Below are positions 1-9,492 of a stretch of 60,305 nucleotides of DNA, piece by piece. The notes below the pieces were generated by a model. The model did not search any database, was not told the DNA's origin, and worked only from the letters and a program-made list of their open reading frames with translations. How positions within the stretch are numbered: position 1 is the first letter of the stretch; every line of letters starts with the position of its first letter. Position numbers and translations under genes: made by a program. The stretch is from a virus (lineage: Duplodnaviria > Caudoviricetes): the IMG/VR virus record IMGVR_UViG_3300022902_000970, positions 1 through 60,305 of that record; one strand, 5' to 3'.

Positions 1-2
1 AT

Positions 3-335
3 TACAAACAAATATTTGCCCATGAGGAGCCTAATTCCATCACCTGTGTAGAAGATTTTTGCGACATGTTGAACTTTTTGGTAGATAACAATAAGACAGG
101 TATTTATAATTGTTCTAACGATGGTGTAGTCACACCATATGAAATCGCCCTGGGAATAAAAGAATATCTTTTACCTGAACTAGAAGTCACTTCCGCATCT
201 TATGAATATACTCTGAGCTTACAAGAAAATAAACGTGTAAATACTATTTTATCTAATGAAAAACTGAAACAAGCCGGCTTCACGCCAAGACATGCTAAAG
301 ATGCTTTAAAATGGTGTTTGGAAAATTATGAATAA
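3..335 (+). CDS. NDP-sugar reductase (RmlD/dTDP-4-dehydrorhamnose reductase-like SDR), C-terminal part, 5'-truncated
   Basis: Frame is open from the window start (YKQIFAHEEPNSITCVEDF...). 'TGIYNCSN...TPYEIA...RVNTILSNEKLKQAG' resembles the RmlD-type substrate-binding C-terminus. Sugar-gene context. Confidence 0.7.
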   Translation, partial: YKQIFAHEEPNSITCVEDFCDMLNFLVDNNKTGIYNCSNDGVVTPYEIALGIKEYLLPELEVTSASYEYTLSLQENKRVNTILSNEKLKQAGFTPRHAKDALKWCLENYE

Positions 336-1083
336 AATAGCTCTTGTTATAAACACTATTAGTAAAAATAAAGATATTTGGGATATGTTCTTCACCCAGA
401 TTAAAAAACACACCCCTTCTTCTTTCTTTACAAAAAAATACATTTTTGTTGATAAAACAGATGATATATTGCCAGATGATTATGAAGTAATACACTATGA
501 TACGGATAAAAAATATAGAGATCAATTTTTAACAGGGATTTCTAAAGTCCAAGAAGAATACTGTATCTATATTTCGGAAGATTACATTCTCTATGATGAC
601 ATTATAGAAGATTCGATAAAAGAATATATGGGGGTATTAAAAAACGACCCTCACCTGTCTTTTGTTAGGTTTATAAAAGGCGGAATAATAAACATTCCTT
701 TTCCTTCCTATCAAGGAAGGAAAGATCTTTTCGAGCTTCATCATTCTATTCCTTATTTCTATACCAATCAAGCAGCATTGTGGAGAACCAGAGATCTAGA
801 AAAAATTCATCAACATGGACCTAACCTGCATATCGCAAATATGGATTATGAAAATTCTTTTGAGTGGCAGGCAACAAAAACGTGTCAAGACCTTGATATA
901 AAAGGTCTTTTCTGTTATCATGGCGAAACCAAGCGCGGGATGTACCACTATGACTCAAGTATATTTCCACACGTAGCCACAGCATTAGTAAAAGGCAAGT
1001 GGAATTTAAGCGAATATCAAAAAGAACTCACACCTTTAATAAAAGAATATAAGATAGACACTAGCCAACGAGGAGCCGTTTAG
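328..1083 (+). CDS. Putative glycosyltransferase (GT-A-like)
   Basis: 251 aa. N-terminal beta strand 'IALVINT', acidic 'YISEDY' (DxD-like), 'QAALWR', 'FEW'. Lies in a sugar cluster. Confidence 0.55.
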   Translation: MNKIALVINTISKNKDIWDMFFTQIKKHTPSSFFTKKYIFVDKTDDILPDDYEVIHYDTDKKYRDQFLTGISKVQEEYCIYISEDYILYDDIIEDSIKEYMGVLKNDPHLSFVRFIKGGIINIPFPSYQGRKDLFELHHSIPYFYTNQAALWRTRDLEKIHQHGPNLHIANMDYENSFEWQATKTCQDLDIKGLFCYHGETKRGMYHYDSSIFPHVATALVKGKWNLSEYQKELTPLIKEYKIDTSQRGAV

Positions 1084-2042
1084 TGAAAATAGTTGAGGAT
1101 TTATCCATAGAAGTTCCAGATACAAACGCACATCACTGGAAGTTGAATGAACTTAGTAAAAATTCTCATGATGCTGTTTTGATGTACGGATTTAATGCTT
1201 CTGCGAATGCTCAACTACATGATGAATATAAAGACTTTAAAAGAAGAATTTATTTTAACAACTGGGCGCCATGCGAGTTCGCCCAATATAAACCTCACAA
1301 TAATAAAACAGGGCTGAAGTATGAAGAATATTTCAACGAAGTTTACTCTATATGTCCATATAGCAGCGATTGGCTTAATAACTTCGATCTGAATAGAGAA
1401 TACAAGCCAATATTTTATCCTTTCAATTCCAAGATTATACCTGAAAATTGTGAAAAACAATATGATGTCATTTATCATGGAGGTATTCACGGTCAAGAAC
1501 ACTACAACTGTCTTTTGACCATGAAAGAGTTTAACTATAGATATGTTACCATGACTAGCCATATAAATCAAATGACTCAACAGTGCCTGCCTTTTGCTAC
1601 TAATGTAAATTTAAATTTTCAAGAAAAGATAAATTTAGTAGCTAAAAGTAAAATTTCAGTATGTTATAATCTAGTACACATAGCCTCTTCACACATTCCA
1701 GCTATAAAATCTTATAACAAGTGGATGGAAAACAAAGCATTTAGTGAGGTAGACAAATGGAACGTGATGCCTCAATTTAAAACAAGAGCCCACGAAGCGG
1801 CTATCTCTAGAACATTAAATTTAGTACAGAAAGATTCTTGGAATATAATGGAGAATTATTATGAACCTGAAACAGAATTCATCTATTTTAACAATGAAAG
1901 CGACTTGAGAAATAAAATTATTGACATAATCAATAATTGGGAAGATTATCAAACTATTATTGAAAACGCTTATAACAAAGCGATGAAGTATACAACCAAT
2001 AATTTTATTCAATTAATAGCTTCAGGAGAACAATGGAAATGA
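1083..2042 (+). CDS. Putative glycosyltransferase (GT-B, CgeB/Glyco_trans_1_2-like C-terminus)
   Basis: GTG start overlaps the upstream TAG. Motifs 'KQYDVIYHG', 'SKISVCYN', 'KTRAHEAA', 'YEPETEFIYF...DLRNKI...IIENAY'. Confidence 0.7.
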   Translation: MKIVEDLSIEVPDTNAHHWKLNELSKNSHDAVLMYGFNASANAQLHDEYKDFKRRIYFNNWAPCEFAQYKPHNNKTGLKYEEYFNEVYSICPYSSDWLNNFDLNREYKPIFYPFNSKIIPENCEKQYDVIYHGGIHGQEHYNCLLTMKEFNYRYVTMTSHINQMTQQCLPFATNVNLNFQEKINLVAKSKISVCYNLVHIASSHIPAIKSYNKWMENKAFSEVDKWNVMPQFKTRAHEAAISRTLNLVQKDSWNIMENYYEPETEFIYFNNESDLRNKIIDIINNWEDYQTIIENAYNKAMKYTTNNFIQLIASGEQWK

Positions 2043-3247
2043 AATGTAGAGGCTGCAAATCAGAAAAAATAAACTTGGTATTAGACCTTGGAAATCAACC
2101 TTGGTGTAATGATTTCTTAACAGAAGAAAGAGTCGGCACAGAAGAGAAATATCCTCTTCGCTTATGTTATTGTGAAGATTGCGAGCTATTACAGCTTGAT
2201 CATACCGTCCCCAAAGAGACTATGTTCGCTGACCATCAATATCTTTCGGGCATGACTACAACTTTGGTAAATCACTTTTATGAAGTAGCTGAAGAAAACG
2301 TTAAACAATTTAGAATGCAACCTGATGACCTAGTGGTCGATATCGGCGGGAACGACGGAAGTCAACTTTTACAATACAAAAAAGCCGGCGTTAACAATGT
2401 TCTTAATATAGAATCAGCTAAAAGGGTATCATGCATCTCTAGAGATGCCGGCGTAAAAACAGTCAATGAATTTTTTAACGAAGATAGTGCTAAAAAGCAT
2501 TTAGGAGAAAAGACAGTCAAGCTTTATAATGCTTCCGGCGTGTTCTTTCACCTAGAAGAGCTTCATAGCGTTATTAAGGGTATTAAATATTCCCTCCGTG
2601 ATGACGGTATTTTGGTCGTTCAGTTCATGTATGCCGGAGCGATGATCGAGAATGGAAACTTCGATACGATTTATCACGAGCACTTGTGCTACTATACTAT
2701 TAGAAGCTTGAATAACCTTCTTAAACCCTACGGAATGGAGATCTTTGATGCCTACGCCTCTGACATTCATAGTGGCTCTATTATAGCCAAGATTTGTCAC
2801 AATCACAGCGATTTAAACGTGCAGACAGATAGATTTTTAGAGTTACTAGAAAAAGATAACGAATATTCAATTCAAAGAACCTTAGAGTTTGCGGAAAGCG
2901 TAAAGCAGAATAAACATGCTTTAAGAGAACTGTTGACTGATATCAAGAACAAAAATAAAAGTGTTTATGTTTATGGAGCCCCTGCTAAAGGAAATACTTT
3001 GCTCAATTATTTCGGCATTGATAGAACCCTTGTAGACAAGGCAGTAGAAATCAACCCAATGAAAATTGGTCATTTCTTACCTCAATCGCATATTCCCATC
3101 TGTCAGGAAACAAAAGATGACTTACCAGATTACTATCTTCTCTTGTCTCATAATTTTGCAAAAGAAATTTTAAACAAAAACAAAGACATCATCGCTCAAG
3201 GGGTTAAGTTTATCATTCCCTTTCCGAAACTTGAGGTGATTGATTGA
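2033..3247 (+). CDS. NDP-hexose C-methyltransferase (SAM-dependent, Zn-binding N-terminus)
   Basis: CRGC...LDLGNQP...YPLRLCYCEDC Zn site, VDIGGNDG SAM motif, YHEHLCYY, and a C-terminal YGAPAKGNTLLNY domain typical of sugar 3-C-methyltransferases. Confidence 0.9.
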   Translation: MEMKCRGCKSEKINLVLDLGNQPWCNDFLTEERVGTEEKYPLRLCYCEDCELLQLDHTVPKETMFADHQYLSGMTTTLVNHFYEVAEENVKQFRMQPDDLVVDIGGNDGSQLLQYKKAGVNNVLNIESAKRVSCISRDAGVKTVNEFFNEDSAKKHLGEKTVKLYNASGVFFHLEELHSVIKGIKYSLRDDGILVVQFMYAGAMIENGNFDTIYHEHLCYYTIRSLNNLLKPYGMEIFDAYASDIHSGSIIAKICHNHSDLNVQTDRFLELLEKDNEYSIQRTLEFAESVKQNKHALRELLTDIKNKNKSVYVYGAPAKGNTLLNYFGIDRTLVDKAVEINPMKIGHFLPQSHIPICQETKDDLPDYYLLLSHNFAKEILNKNKDIIAQGVKFIIPFPKLEVID

Positions 3248-4161
3248 AGGTTTTAGTTACAGGCGCAACTGGTTTTCTTGGAAGACATTTAACTCCAAAG
3301 TTAGACAATCTAGGTTGGGACATATATTTTTCCAACACTAGAACAGCAAATCTTAATAATATCAATAACCTAGATGTTTTTAAAAATATTAAGTTTGATT
3401 ATATTTTTCACCTTGCTGCCGTTACGAAAGCAGGAGATTATTGTTTAAAACACCCTGGAGACCAGTGGCTAAAAAATCAAATCATTAATACTAATATTTT
3501 GGCATATTGGGTTGAAAAACAACCACAAGCAAAAATGATTTGTATGGGAACGAGCTGTTCTTACACACCAGATATTTTCATGACTGAAGATAATTATTTG
3601 TCAGGGGAGCCAGAACCGAGTCTTTATACATATGCCATGACAAAACGAATGCTCCTTTTAGGACTTCAGTCAATTCAAAAAGAATTCGGTCTCAAGTGGC
3701 TTTATTTTGTTCCTTCGACTTTATATGGATCTGATTTCGAACTAGATGATAATCATTTTATTTTTGATTTTATTAGAAACTGTTATAACGCAAAATATAA
3801 TGAGCAAGATTTTGTAATATGGGGTAATGGCAATCAAAGAAGAGAACTCATTTATGTCGATGACGCCGTATCCGCCATGATAAATCTTTTATCAGAAGAA
3901 AATCAAGTATTCAATCTTGGCTCAGGTACAGATCATTCAATAAACGAGTTCGCAGAAAAAATTTGCAAATGTTACAACTATGATTATAATCTAGTAAAGC
4001 GTGATTTGTCTAAATATGTCGGAGTTAAAGAGAAAAAAATTGACACTGCTAAAGTTTTAAAACATTTAGGAGACAAAGGTTTTTTAAATACATCTTTGGA
4101 CGAGGGTTTAGAAAAAAGTGTTAACTATTTTATTACCGCAATGGAGAAAATAAATGATTGA
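3244..4161 (+). CDS. NAD-dependent epimerase/reductase, GDP-L-fucose synthase (Fcl)-like
   Basis: TGATGFLG Rossmann motif, HLAA, GTSCSY, YAMTK catalytic YxxxK, WGNGNQRRELIYVDD. TTG start overlaps the upstream stop. Confidence 0.85.
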   Translation: MKVLVTGATGFLGRHLTPKLDNLGWDIYFSNTRTANLNNINNLDVFKNIKFDYIFHLAAVTKAGDYCLKHPGDQWLKNQIINTNILAYWVEKQPQAKMICMGTSCSYTPDIFMTEDNYLSGEPEPSLYTYAMTKRMLLLGLQSIQKEFGLKWLYFVPSTLYGSDFELDDNHFIFDFIRNCYNAKYNEQDFVIWGNGNQRRELIYVDDAVSAMINLLSEENQVFNLGSGTDHSINEFAEKICKCYNYDYNLVKRDLSKYVGVKEKKIDTAKVLKHLGDKGFLNTSLDEGLEKSVNYFITAMEKIND

Positions 4162-5095
4162 TATAAACGTTTTTGCGACCAACTCTTATCTGTATTTAAT
4201 ACAAAAAATTCTACTCCCCAGTATTGTAGGTCACCACCCAGGAGCAGAGGTTAATATCCTTTTTACTGAAAAGGGGGCTCTTCCAAACATCGGCGGCGCA
4301 ACTCATGACCCTCAGTTTAAAGACTTAATGACTCATCGCATGGCTCATTATTTAAGAGTTCTAAAGAAGAATAAAGGTAAGAAAGTTTTATTTCTAGATG
4401 GTGATATAATCATTTTCCGACCCTTTCTACACGATTTAGAGGAGCGATTAGATAATTATGACATTCTGCACCAAGGCGGCGGGATTCTCGCTTTTAATTC
4501 CAATGAACACACTATTAAACTGTTTGAAGATTTTGTACACCAGTGTATAGCAACAAAACCAGAAGATCGACCCCCTGGTTTCCCGGAGTTCGAACTGCAA
4601 GCAGCTTTTAAAGAATACTACGACTCTTCTTTAGTGTCGCTCCTTCCTGAGCAATATGGTTATTTGTGCGAAGATCCTTACATGTATCACGCCATGAATA
4701 GTGGAAATACAATGCCTGAAAAAATGGTCATTCTTACTTGGGCAGAACAAATAGCCATTAAACTTAGAAATGTCAAACCAACTGAGTCAGAGCGATTTAA
4801 AAGATTTAAGAAAAATAAAGAAAATATATTATTTGGTTGCGGTTATGTAAAATATAACGACCTCGACGACCCTTCTAAAGGGTTAAATTATTTTGGCTTC
4901 GACTCTTATAAAACCGAAACCTTTGTGGATTTGGACATTATTAAAAATCATACTGATCATCTTTATTTTTGTTTTGAATCCTCTTGGGACAATGAAGAGG
5001 GTATAGAAAAAGAAGATAAAATAGTATATTTCGCTGACATGCAGAAGGCTGGTTTTCCAATTTTTGTTACTCAAGAAGCGGCTCCGTTCTTTTAA
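4154..5095 (+). CDS. Putative nucleotide-diphospho-sugar transferase
   Basis: 'KVLFLDGDIIIFRP' DxD motif, 'GGILAF', 'LLPEQY', 'MYHA'; GT-A-like layout. Confidence 0.6.
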   Translation: MIDINVFATNSYLYLIQKILLPSIVGHHPGAEVNILFTEKGALPNIGGATHDPQFKDLMTHRMAHYLRVLKKNKGKKVLFLDGDIIIFRPFLHDLEERLDNYDILHQGGGILAFNSNEHTIKLFEDFVHQCIATKPEDRPPGFPEFELQAAFKEYYDSSLVSLLPEQYGYLCEDPYMYHAMNSGNTMPEKMVILTWAEQIAIKLRNVKPTESERFKRFKKNKENILFGCGYVKYNDLDDPSKGLNYFGFDSYKTETFVDLDIIKNHTDHLYFCFESSWDNEEGIEKEDKIVYFADMQKAGFPIFVTQEAAPFF

Positions 5096-5111
5096 CGCCA
5101 AAGGAAAAATT

Positions 5112-5513
5112 ATGACTAATAGAAAATATTTACCCACACTATCCGAGCTTATAGATCGTCTCTCTATTGTTCAATTAAAAGAAGTGTTTATCCCCGAGCA
5201 CAAAAATGAATACGCACAAGAGATTAGCGCCATCGTCCACGATATTCAACTATCTTTAGATGAAGGTGGAGAGATTACTGCCGAAACAATTAGAGCAATT
5301 GTTGTTCTTTCACAGATGAACTTACATATTTGGCACAATGAATCCAATTATCGCAAAGGTATTAAAGACGGTAACAATCTTGAATTAACTCATGGGATTA
5401 ATGGAATTAGAAATACTGCTAAAAATAAAATCCAAGAGATTGTCGGAGGCAGAAAAGACTACAAAATTGATTGCCTCGCCGCAGATTTCAAAGATTGGGA
5501 AGTAAGCTGGTAG
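5112..5513 (+). CDS. Hypothetical protein (DUF6165-like, helical)
   Basis: ATG at 5112 follows an AAGGA SD. 'SELIDRLSIVQLK...N..IW..E...RN..K..I' pattern is typical of small proteins in phage/bacterial glycosylation clusters. Confidence 0.6.
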   Translation: MTNRKYLPTLSELIDRLSIVQLKEVFIPEHKNEYAQEISAIVHDIQLSLDEGGEITAETIRAIVVLSQMNLHIWHNESNYRKGIKDGNNLELTHGINGIRNTAKNKIQEIVGGRKDYKIDCLAADFKDWEVSW

Positions 5514-6256
5514 TGAAGGTTTTAGTCATTGGAGACGCCTGCGAAGATGTCTATATCTATGGAAATTGCAACCGTCTAGCTCCAGAAGCCCCCATACCAG
5601 TCTTCGTTCCTCAGAACAAAACCACCAACGGCGGCATGGCTATGAACGTTTTTGCTAATTTAAAGTCGCTTGGGACCACTTGTGATATTCTTCATAATAT
5701 TGAAGAAATTACTAAAACACGATACGTTGACAAAAAGACTAATCATATTTTTTTACGAGTAGATACGGATGATAAAAAACTAGAGCGAGTTAAAGAAAAG
5801 CATCTTGATAAAGATTTTCTTAAACAATACGACGCTATTGTAATATCGGACTACAACAAGGGATTTTTGACAGAAGAAGATATCGAAAAGATTTGTTATG
5901 ATCATCCTCTGACTTTTATGGATACGAAAAAAAATCTAGGGCGCTGGGCAAAAGACTGTACTTGGATTAAAATAAACGAAGAAGAATATGAGAAAACTTT
6001 TAATAAAATCTCACACTTAGATCATATTTTTGATGATAAACTCATCGTAACTTTAAGCGAAAAAGGTTGCCGCTACAAAGGAGATATATTCCCAGTAGAA
6101 AAGGTGGAGATTAAAGATCTAAGCGGAGCTGGAGATACTTTTCTCGCAAGTTTTGTTTCGGATTATCTTAAAAATAAAGATACTACACAAGCAATAATTT
6201 TTGCTAATGAATGCGCTACACAAGTTGTACAAAAGAGAGGGGTAAATGTCATTTAA
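5513..6256 (+). CDS. rfaE1: PfkB-family sugar kinase, heptose-7-phosphate kinase (RfaE/HldE domain I)-like
   Basis: GTG at 5513 overlaps the upstream TAG. VLVIGD, RLAPEAPIPV, GGMAMNV, ISDYNKG, DLSGAGDTF, VVQKRG. Confidence 0.85.
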   Translation: MKVLVIGDACEDVYIYGNCNRLAPEAPIPVFVPQNKTTNGGMAMNVFANLKSLGTTCDILHNIEEITKTRYVDKKTNHIFLRVDTDDKKLERVKEKHLDKDFLKQYDAIVISDYNKGFLTEEDIEKICYDHPLTFMDTKKNLGRWAKDCTWIKINEEEYEKTFNKISHLDHIFDDKLIVTLSEKGCRYKGDIFPVEKVEIKDLSGAGDTFLASFVSDYLKNKDTTQAIIFANECATQVVQKRGVNVI

Positions 6257-6536
6257 AGAATATTACGAGCACTATCTAACACTACATCAAAACAAGTGGA
6301 ATCGAAGATTGCACGTCCTTGGGAACGCCTCTACCGTTACATTCGCAACTCTTTGCGTTTTACATTCACTTTGGTTTGTGCTATTATTAACACCATTCAT
6401 AGTTTATCCTTTCGCTTGGAGCGGGCATTTCTTCTTTGAGAAAAACAAGCCTGCTGCTTTTTCCAACCCCTTGTGGGCTAAAGCGTGTGACTGGGTAATG
6501 TTGAAAGATATTCTAACAAGAAAAATAAGGTGGTAA
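6246..6536 (+). CDS. DUF962/Mpo1-like small membrane protein
   Basis: 'YLTLHQN..NRRLHVLG', a TM helix and 'AWSGHFFFEKNKPA' are the characteristic DUF962 His motifs. Confidence 0.85.
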   Translation: MSFKEYYEHYLTLHQNKWNRRLHVLGNASTVTFATLCVLHSLWFVLLLTPFIVYPFAWSGHFFFEKNKPAAFSNPLWAKACDWVMLKDILTRKIRW

Positions 6537-6539
6537 GGC

Positions 6540-7469
6540 ATGGCTAAAGTATTAATCACAGGTGGTGCAGGATATATTGGAAGCGAATTAGTTCGATTTC
6601 TTCTTCCTGACCACAAGGTAACAGTTCTAGACAACCTTCTTTACGGAGGAGATTCTTTATTGAGATATGTCCCGGACAAAAATTTTGATTTTGTCAAAGG
6701 AGATGTTAGAGATACGAAGTTATTTAGAACCCTTCTAAACGAGTCAGACATTATTATCCCTCTCGCAGCCTTAGTCGGTTTTCCTTTGTGCGATAAAAGA
6801 CCAAAAGAAGCTGTTGAAGTTAACTTCCAATCCAATGCTTGGCTATCGAATGTAAAGTCGTCTGATCAAATAGTCTTATACCCCTGCACTAACTCGGGAT
6901 ATGGCAAAAGCGTCGATGGTTCTGTAGTGACAGAAGAATCGCCTCTTAACCCTGTATCTTTGTATGGAAAAACAAAAGTTGATGCCGAGACCATTTTTAA
7001 AAAAACTGAAAACTGCGCGACTTTTCGTTTAGCCACCGTCTGTGGACCTTCAAGTAGAATGAGGACTGACTTATTAGTAAATAATTTTGTTCTAAGAGCT
7101 TTGCGTGATAGAATCCTTGTGCTCTATGAATGTGAGTTTATGAGAAACTATGTTCACATATGGGACGTATGTCGATCGTTTAAGTTTCTTATTGACAACT
7201 GGGATGACTGTAAAAACAACACTTATAATCTTGGACACGACGCCATGAATATGAACAAACTTCAGTTAGCCGAAAAGATTGCGGAACATACTCCTCTTGA
7301 GATCATTAAAGCAGAGTTTACCAAAGATCCAGACGTAAGAGATTATATCGTAAGCAGTCAAAAGATCTACGACAAGGGCTTTGAATGCCTCTATGACCTT
7401 GACACAAGTATTGAACAACTAATAAAAGCCTATAAGATTATTGATTCCCCGTGGTATGCTAACTACTAA
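6540..7469 (+). CDS. NAD-dependent nucleotide-sugar epimerase/dehydratase (extended SDR)
   Basis: TGGAGYIG, LAALVG, YGKTK (YxxxK), FRLATV, RNYVH. Confidence 0.9.
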   Translation: MAKVLITGGAGYIGSELVRFLLPDHKVTVLDNLLYGGDSLLRYVPDKNFDFVKGDVRDTKLFRTLLNESDIIIPLAALVGFPLCDKRPKEAVEVNFQSNAWLSNVKSSDQIVLYPCTNSGYGKSVDGSVVTEESPLNPVSLYGKTKVDAETIFKKTENCATFRLATVCGPSSRMRTDLLVNNFVLRALRDRILVLYECEFMRNYVHIWDVCRSFKFLIDNWDDCKNNTYNLGHDAMNMNKLQLAEKIAEHTPLEIIKAEFTKDPDVRDYIVSSQKIYDKGFECLYDLDTSIEQLIKAYKIIDSPWYANY

Positions 7470-7874
7470 ATGAAAGTTATTTGGACTAATGGTTGTTTTG
7501 ACATACTTCATCGCGGACACATAGAACTTTTTAAATTTTGTAAATCTCAAGGCGACTATCTTGTCGTAGGTATCGATACAGATAAAAGAGTAAAAGAAAA
7601 CAAAGGACCTGATCGACCTTTTAACAAAGAGGAAGACAGGTCCTTTTTTTTGGAATCTATTAAATATATCGATAAAGTAGTAATGTTCTCATCCGACGAA
7701 GAGCTTGGGCAACGATTAGTAGAAAATGGCGTTGATATCATGATTGTTGGATCGGATTGGCAAGGCAAGCGCGTGGTAGGAGAGGAAAAGGTTAACAAAG
7801 TTTTATTTTTTGATAGAATAGGAACATATTCTACAACCAACATCTTGGAGGCGAACAATGACATACGTAGTTGA
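7470..7874 (+). CDS. rfaE2: Cytidylyltransferase-family nucleotidyltransferase, RfaE/HldE domain II-like
   Basis: WTNGCFDILHRGH (HxGH), VGIDTD..V...KGPDRP, GSDW, YSTT. Confidence 0.85.
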   Translation: MKVIWTNGCFDILHRGHIELFKFCKSQGDYLVVGIDTDKRVKENKGPDRPFNKEEDRSFFLESIKYIDKVVMFSSDEELGQRLVENGVDIMIVGSDWQGKRVVGEEKVNKVLFFDRIGTYSTTNILEANNDIRS

Positions 7875-8187
7875 TATCGATGGAACCATTTGTGAAAAAT
7901 CTCCTGGTAATGATTATACCAAAGCCGTTCCTTTGCATAATAGAATAAAGATAGTTAATCAGCTTTATGATGATGGACACAACATTGTTTATCTTACAGC
8001 CAGAGGAATGGGTCGGCACAACAATGATGCTGAAAAAGCTATTGCCCAGTTTTACGAGATGACAGAAAAACAACTTGCTTCGTGGGAAGCTAAATACCAC
8101 ACTTTAATGCTCGGCAAACCAGCCGGGGATTTTTACATTGATGATAAAGGAATAAACGCACATGTCTACTTTGAATCAGGCTCCTGA
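7858..8187 (+). CDS. HAD-superfamily phosphatase (capsule-biosynthesis phosphatase-like)
   Basis: VVDIDGTI (motif I), YLTARG, GKP, YIDDK. Confidence 0.85.
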   Translation: MTYVVDIDGTICEKSPGNDYTKAVPLHNRIKIVNQLYDDGHNIVYLTARGMGRHNNDAEKAIAQFYEMTEKQLASWEAKYHTLMLGKPAGDFYIDDKGINAHVYFESGS

Positions 8188-8530
8188 AATCTCTCATGTC
8201 GAAAAAGGCTGGGGTTACGAAAAATGGATTGTAAATAAAAAAGAATATTGTGGAAAATTGCTATTTTTCCATCAAGGTAAAAGATGCTCTTGGCATTATC
8301 ATAAATTAAAAGATGAAGTGTTCTATCTTCAATCTGGCGAGTTAATAGTAAAATTCTCCGACCAAGATGATATAGAAAAAGCAGAAGAGATTATACTCAA
8401 ACCAGGAGGCAACTTTTACGTCTATCCAGGTCTACGACATCAAATGATAGCGCTTAAGCCATCACAACTGTTTGAGTTTTCAACAGAACATTTTGATTCA
8501 GATTCATATAGAGTGATTAAAGGAGATTAA
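8162..8530 (+). CDS. Cupin protein (sugar isomerase/epimerase-like)
   Basis: VEKGWGYE, SWHYHKLKDEVFY, PGLRHQM, EFSTEHFDSDSYR cupin motifs. Confidence 0.85.
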   Translation: MSTLNQAPEISHVEKGWGYEKWIVNKKEYCGKLLFFHQGKRCSWHYHKLKDEVFYLQSGELIVKFSDQDDIEKAEEIILKPGGNFYVYPGLRHQMIALKPSQLFEFSTEHFDSDSYRVIKGD

Positions 8531-8531
8531 T

Positions 8532-9482
8532 ATGAAACTCGTTGTTATTACAGGATGTCTAGGTTTAATTGGCTCATACGTCACCCGTAAGTGCCTCTCT
8601 AAGGGATGGAAGGTCTATGGGGTAGATAACCTCACCTATGCGGCAAACAAATCGTTTCTAGAGCTATTTAAGAGGGATTCTAACTTTACCTTCCTAGAAG
8701 AAGATATTGCTCAACTTAAATCTTTACCAGATTGTGATTATGTTATTAATATTGCTGCGGAATCTCACGTAGGTAATAGCATCATTGATAGTAGTGATTT
8801 TATCGAAACAAACGTAAATGGAGTTAAAAACCTGCTCGATCTTATACGAAATAAACCAGATAACACCATGAAGCGCCCCGTATTCTTTCACTTCAGCACT
8901 GATGAAGTTTATGGAGACATCACCGAAGGCGAGCATGTAGAGACAGACCCTCTTATCCCAAGTAACCCTTATTCAGCCTCCAAGGCGTCGTCAGACATGC
9001 TTATCTTGGCTTGGGCAAGGACTTACGGCGTAAAATATGTTATTGTTCGCCCCACAAATAACTATGGCGAAGGGCAATATCCAGAAAAGCTTATTCCTTT
9101 GTGTGTGAAGCTCCTCCAACGAGGAAAAAAGATTATGCTTCACGACGGAGGCGAACCAATCCGCAACTGGCTTCACGCAGACGATACAGCAGAAGCAGTT
9201 ACAACTATCGTCGAGTCTGGAAAGACAGATGAAATATTCAATATTCCCGGAGACTTCGAGCAGAAGAATTATTTAACTGTTAAAAAAGTCATCGAAGCAT
9301 ACTATAATAATGATGTAAAATGGAAAGATTACGTGGACTTAAATCACAAACGCCCTGGACAAGATGTAAGATACGCTTTGAATGGCGATAAGTTAAGACA
9401 ACTCGGCTGGAAACCTACAAAGGTTTTTGACGAAGAGATTATAAAGCTTGTTGAGTTTTATAAAGAGAATTTCAAATGGTAA
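8532..9482 (+). CDS. rfbB: dTDP-glucose 4,6-dehydratase
   Basis: DNLTYAA, AAESHV, STDEVYGD, PSNPYSASKA, NNYG..QYPEKLIP, RPGQDVRY. Confidence 0.9.
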   Translation: MKLVVITGCLGLIGSYVTRKCLSKGWKVYGVDNLTYAANKSFLELFKRDSNFTFLEEDIAQLKSLPDCDYVINIAAESHVGNSIIDSSDFIETNVNGVKNLLDLIRNKPDNTMKRPVFFHFSTDEVYGDITEGEHVETDPLIPSNPYSASKASSDMLILAWARTYGVKYVIVRPTNNYGEGQYPEKLIPLCVKLLQRGKKIMLHDGGEPIRNWLHADDTAEAVTTIVESGKTDEIFNIPGDFEQKNYLTVKKVIEAYYNNDVKWKDYVDLNHKRPGQDVRYALNGDKLRQLGWKPTKVFDEEIIKLVEFYKENFKW

Positions 9483-9492
9483 GGAGAAACAA

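Noticed and set aside
5064-5513. ORF-track starts at 5064, 5471, 9448, 10256 and 48358
   Set aside because: These are upstream extensions, mostly overlapping the prior genes. Downstream starts (5112, 5513, 9493, 10298, 48382) have SD sequences or stop-start coupling and match domain boundaries.
1-9482. Interpretation as a bacterial O-antigen/capsule locus flanking a prophage
   Set aside because: No wzx/wzy/ABC exporter, integrase or att site is seen. Gene packing and strand run seamlessly into the phage genes. Not fully excludable without upstream sequence.
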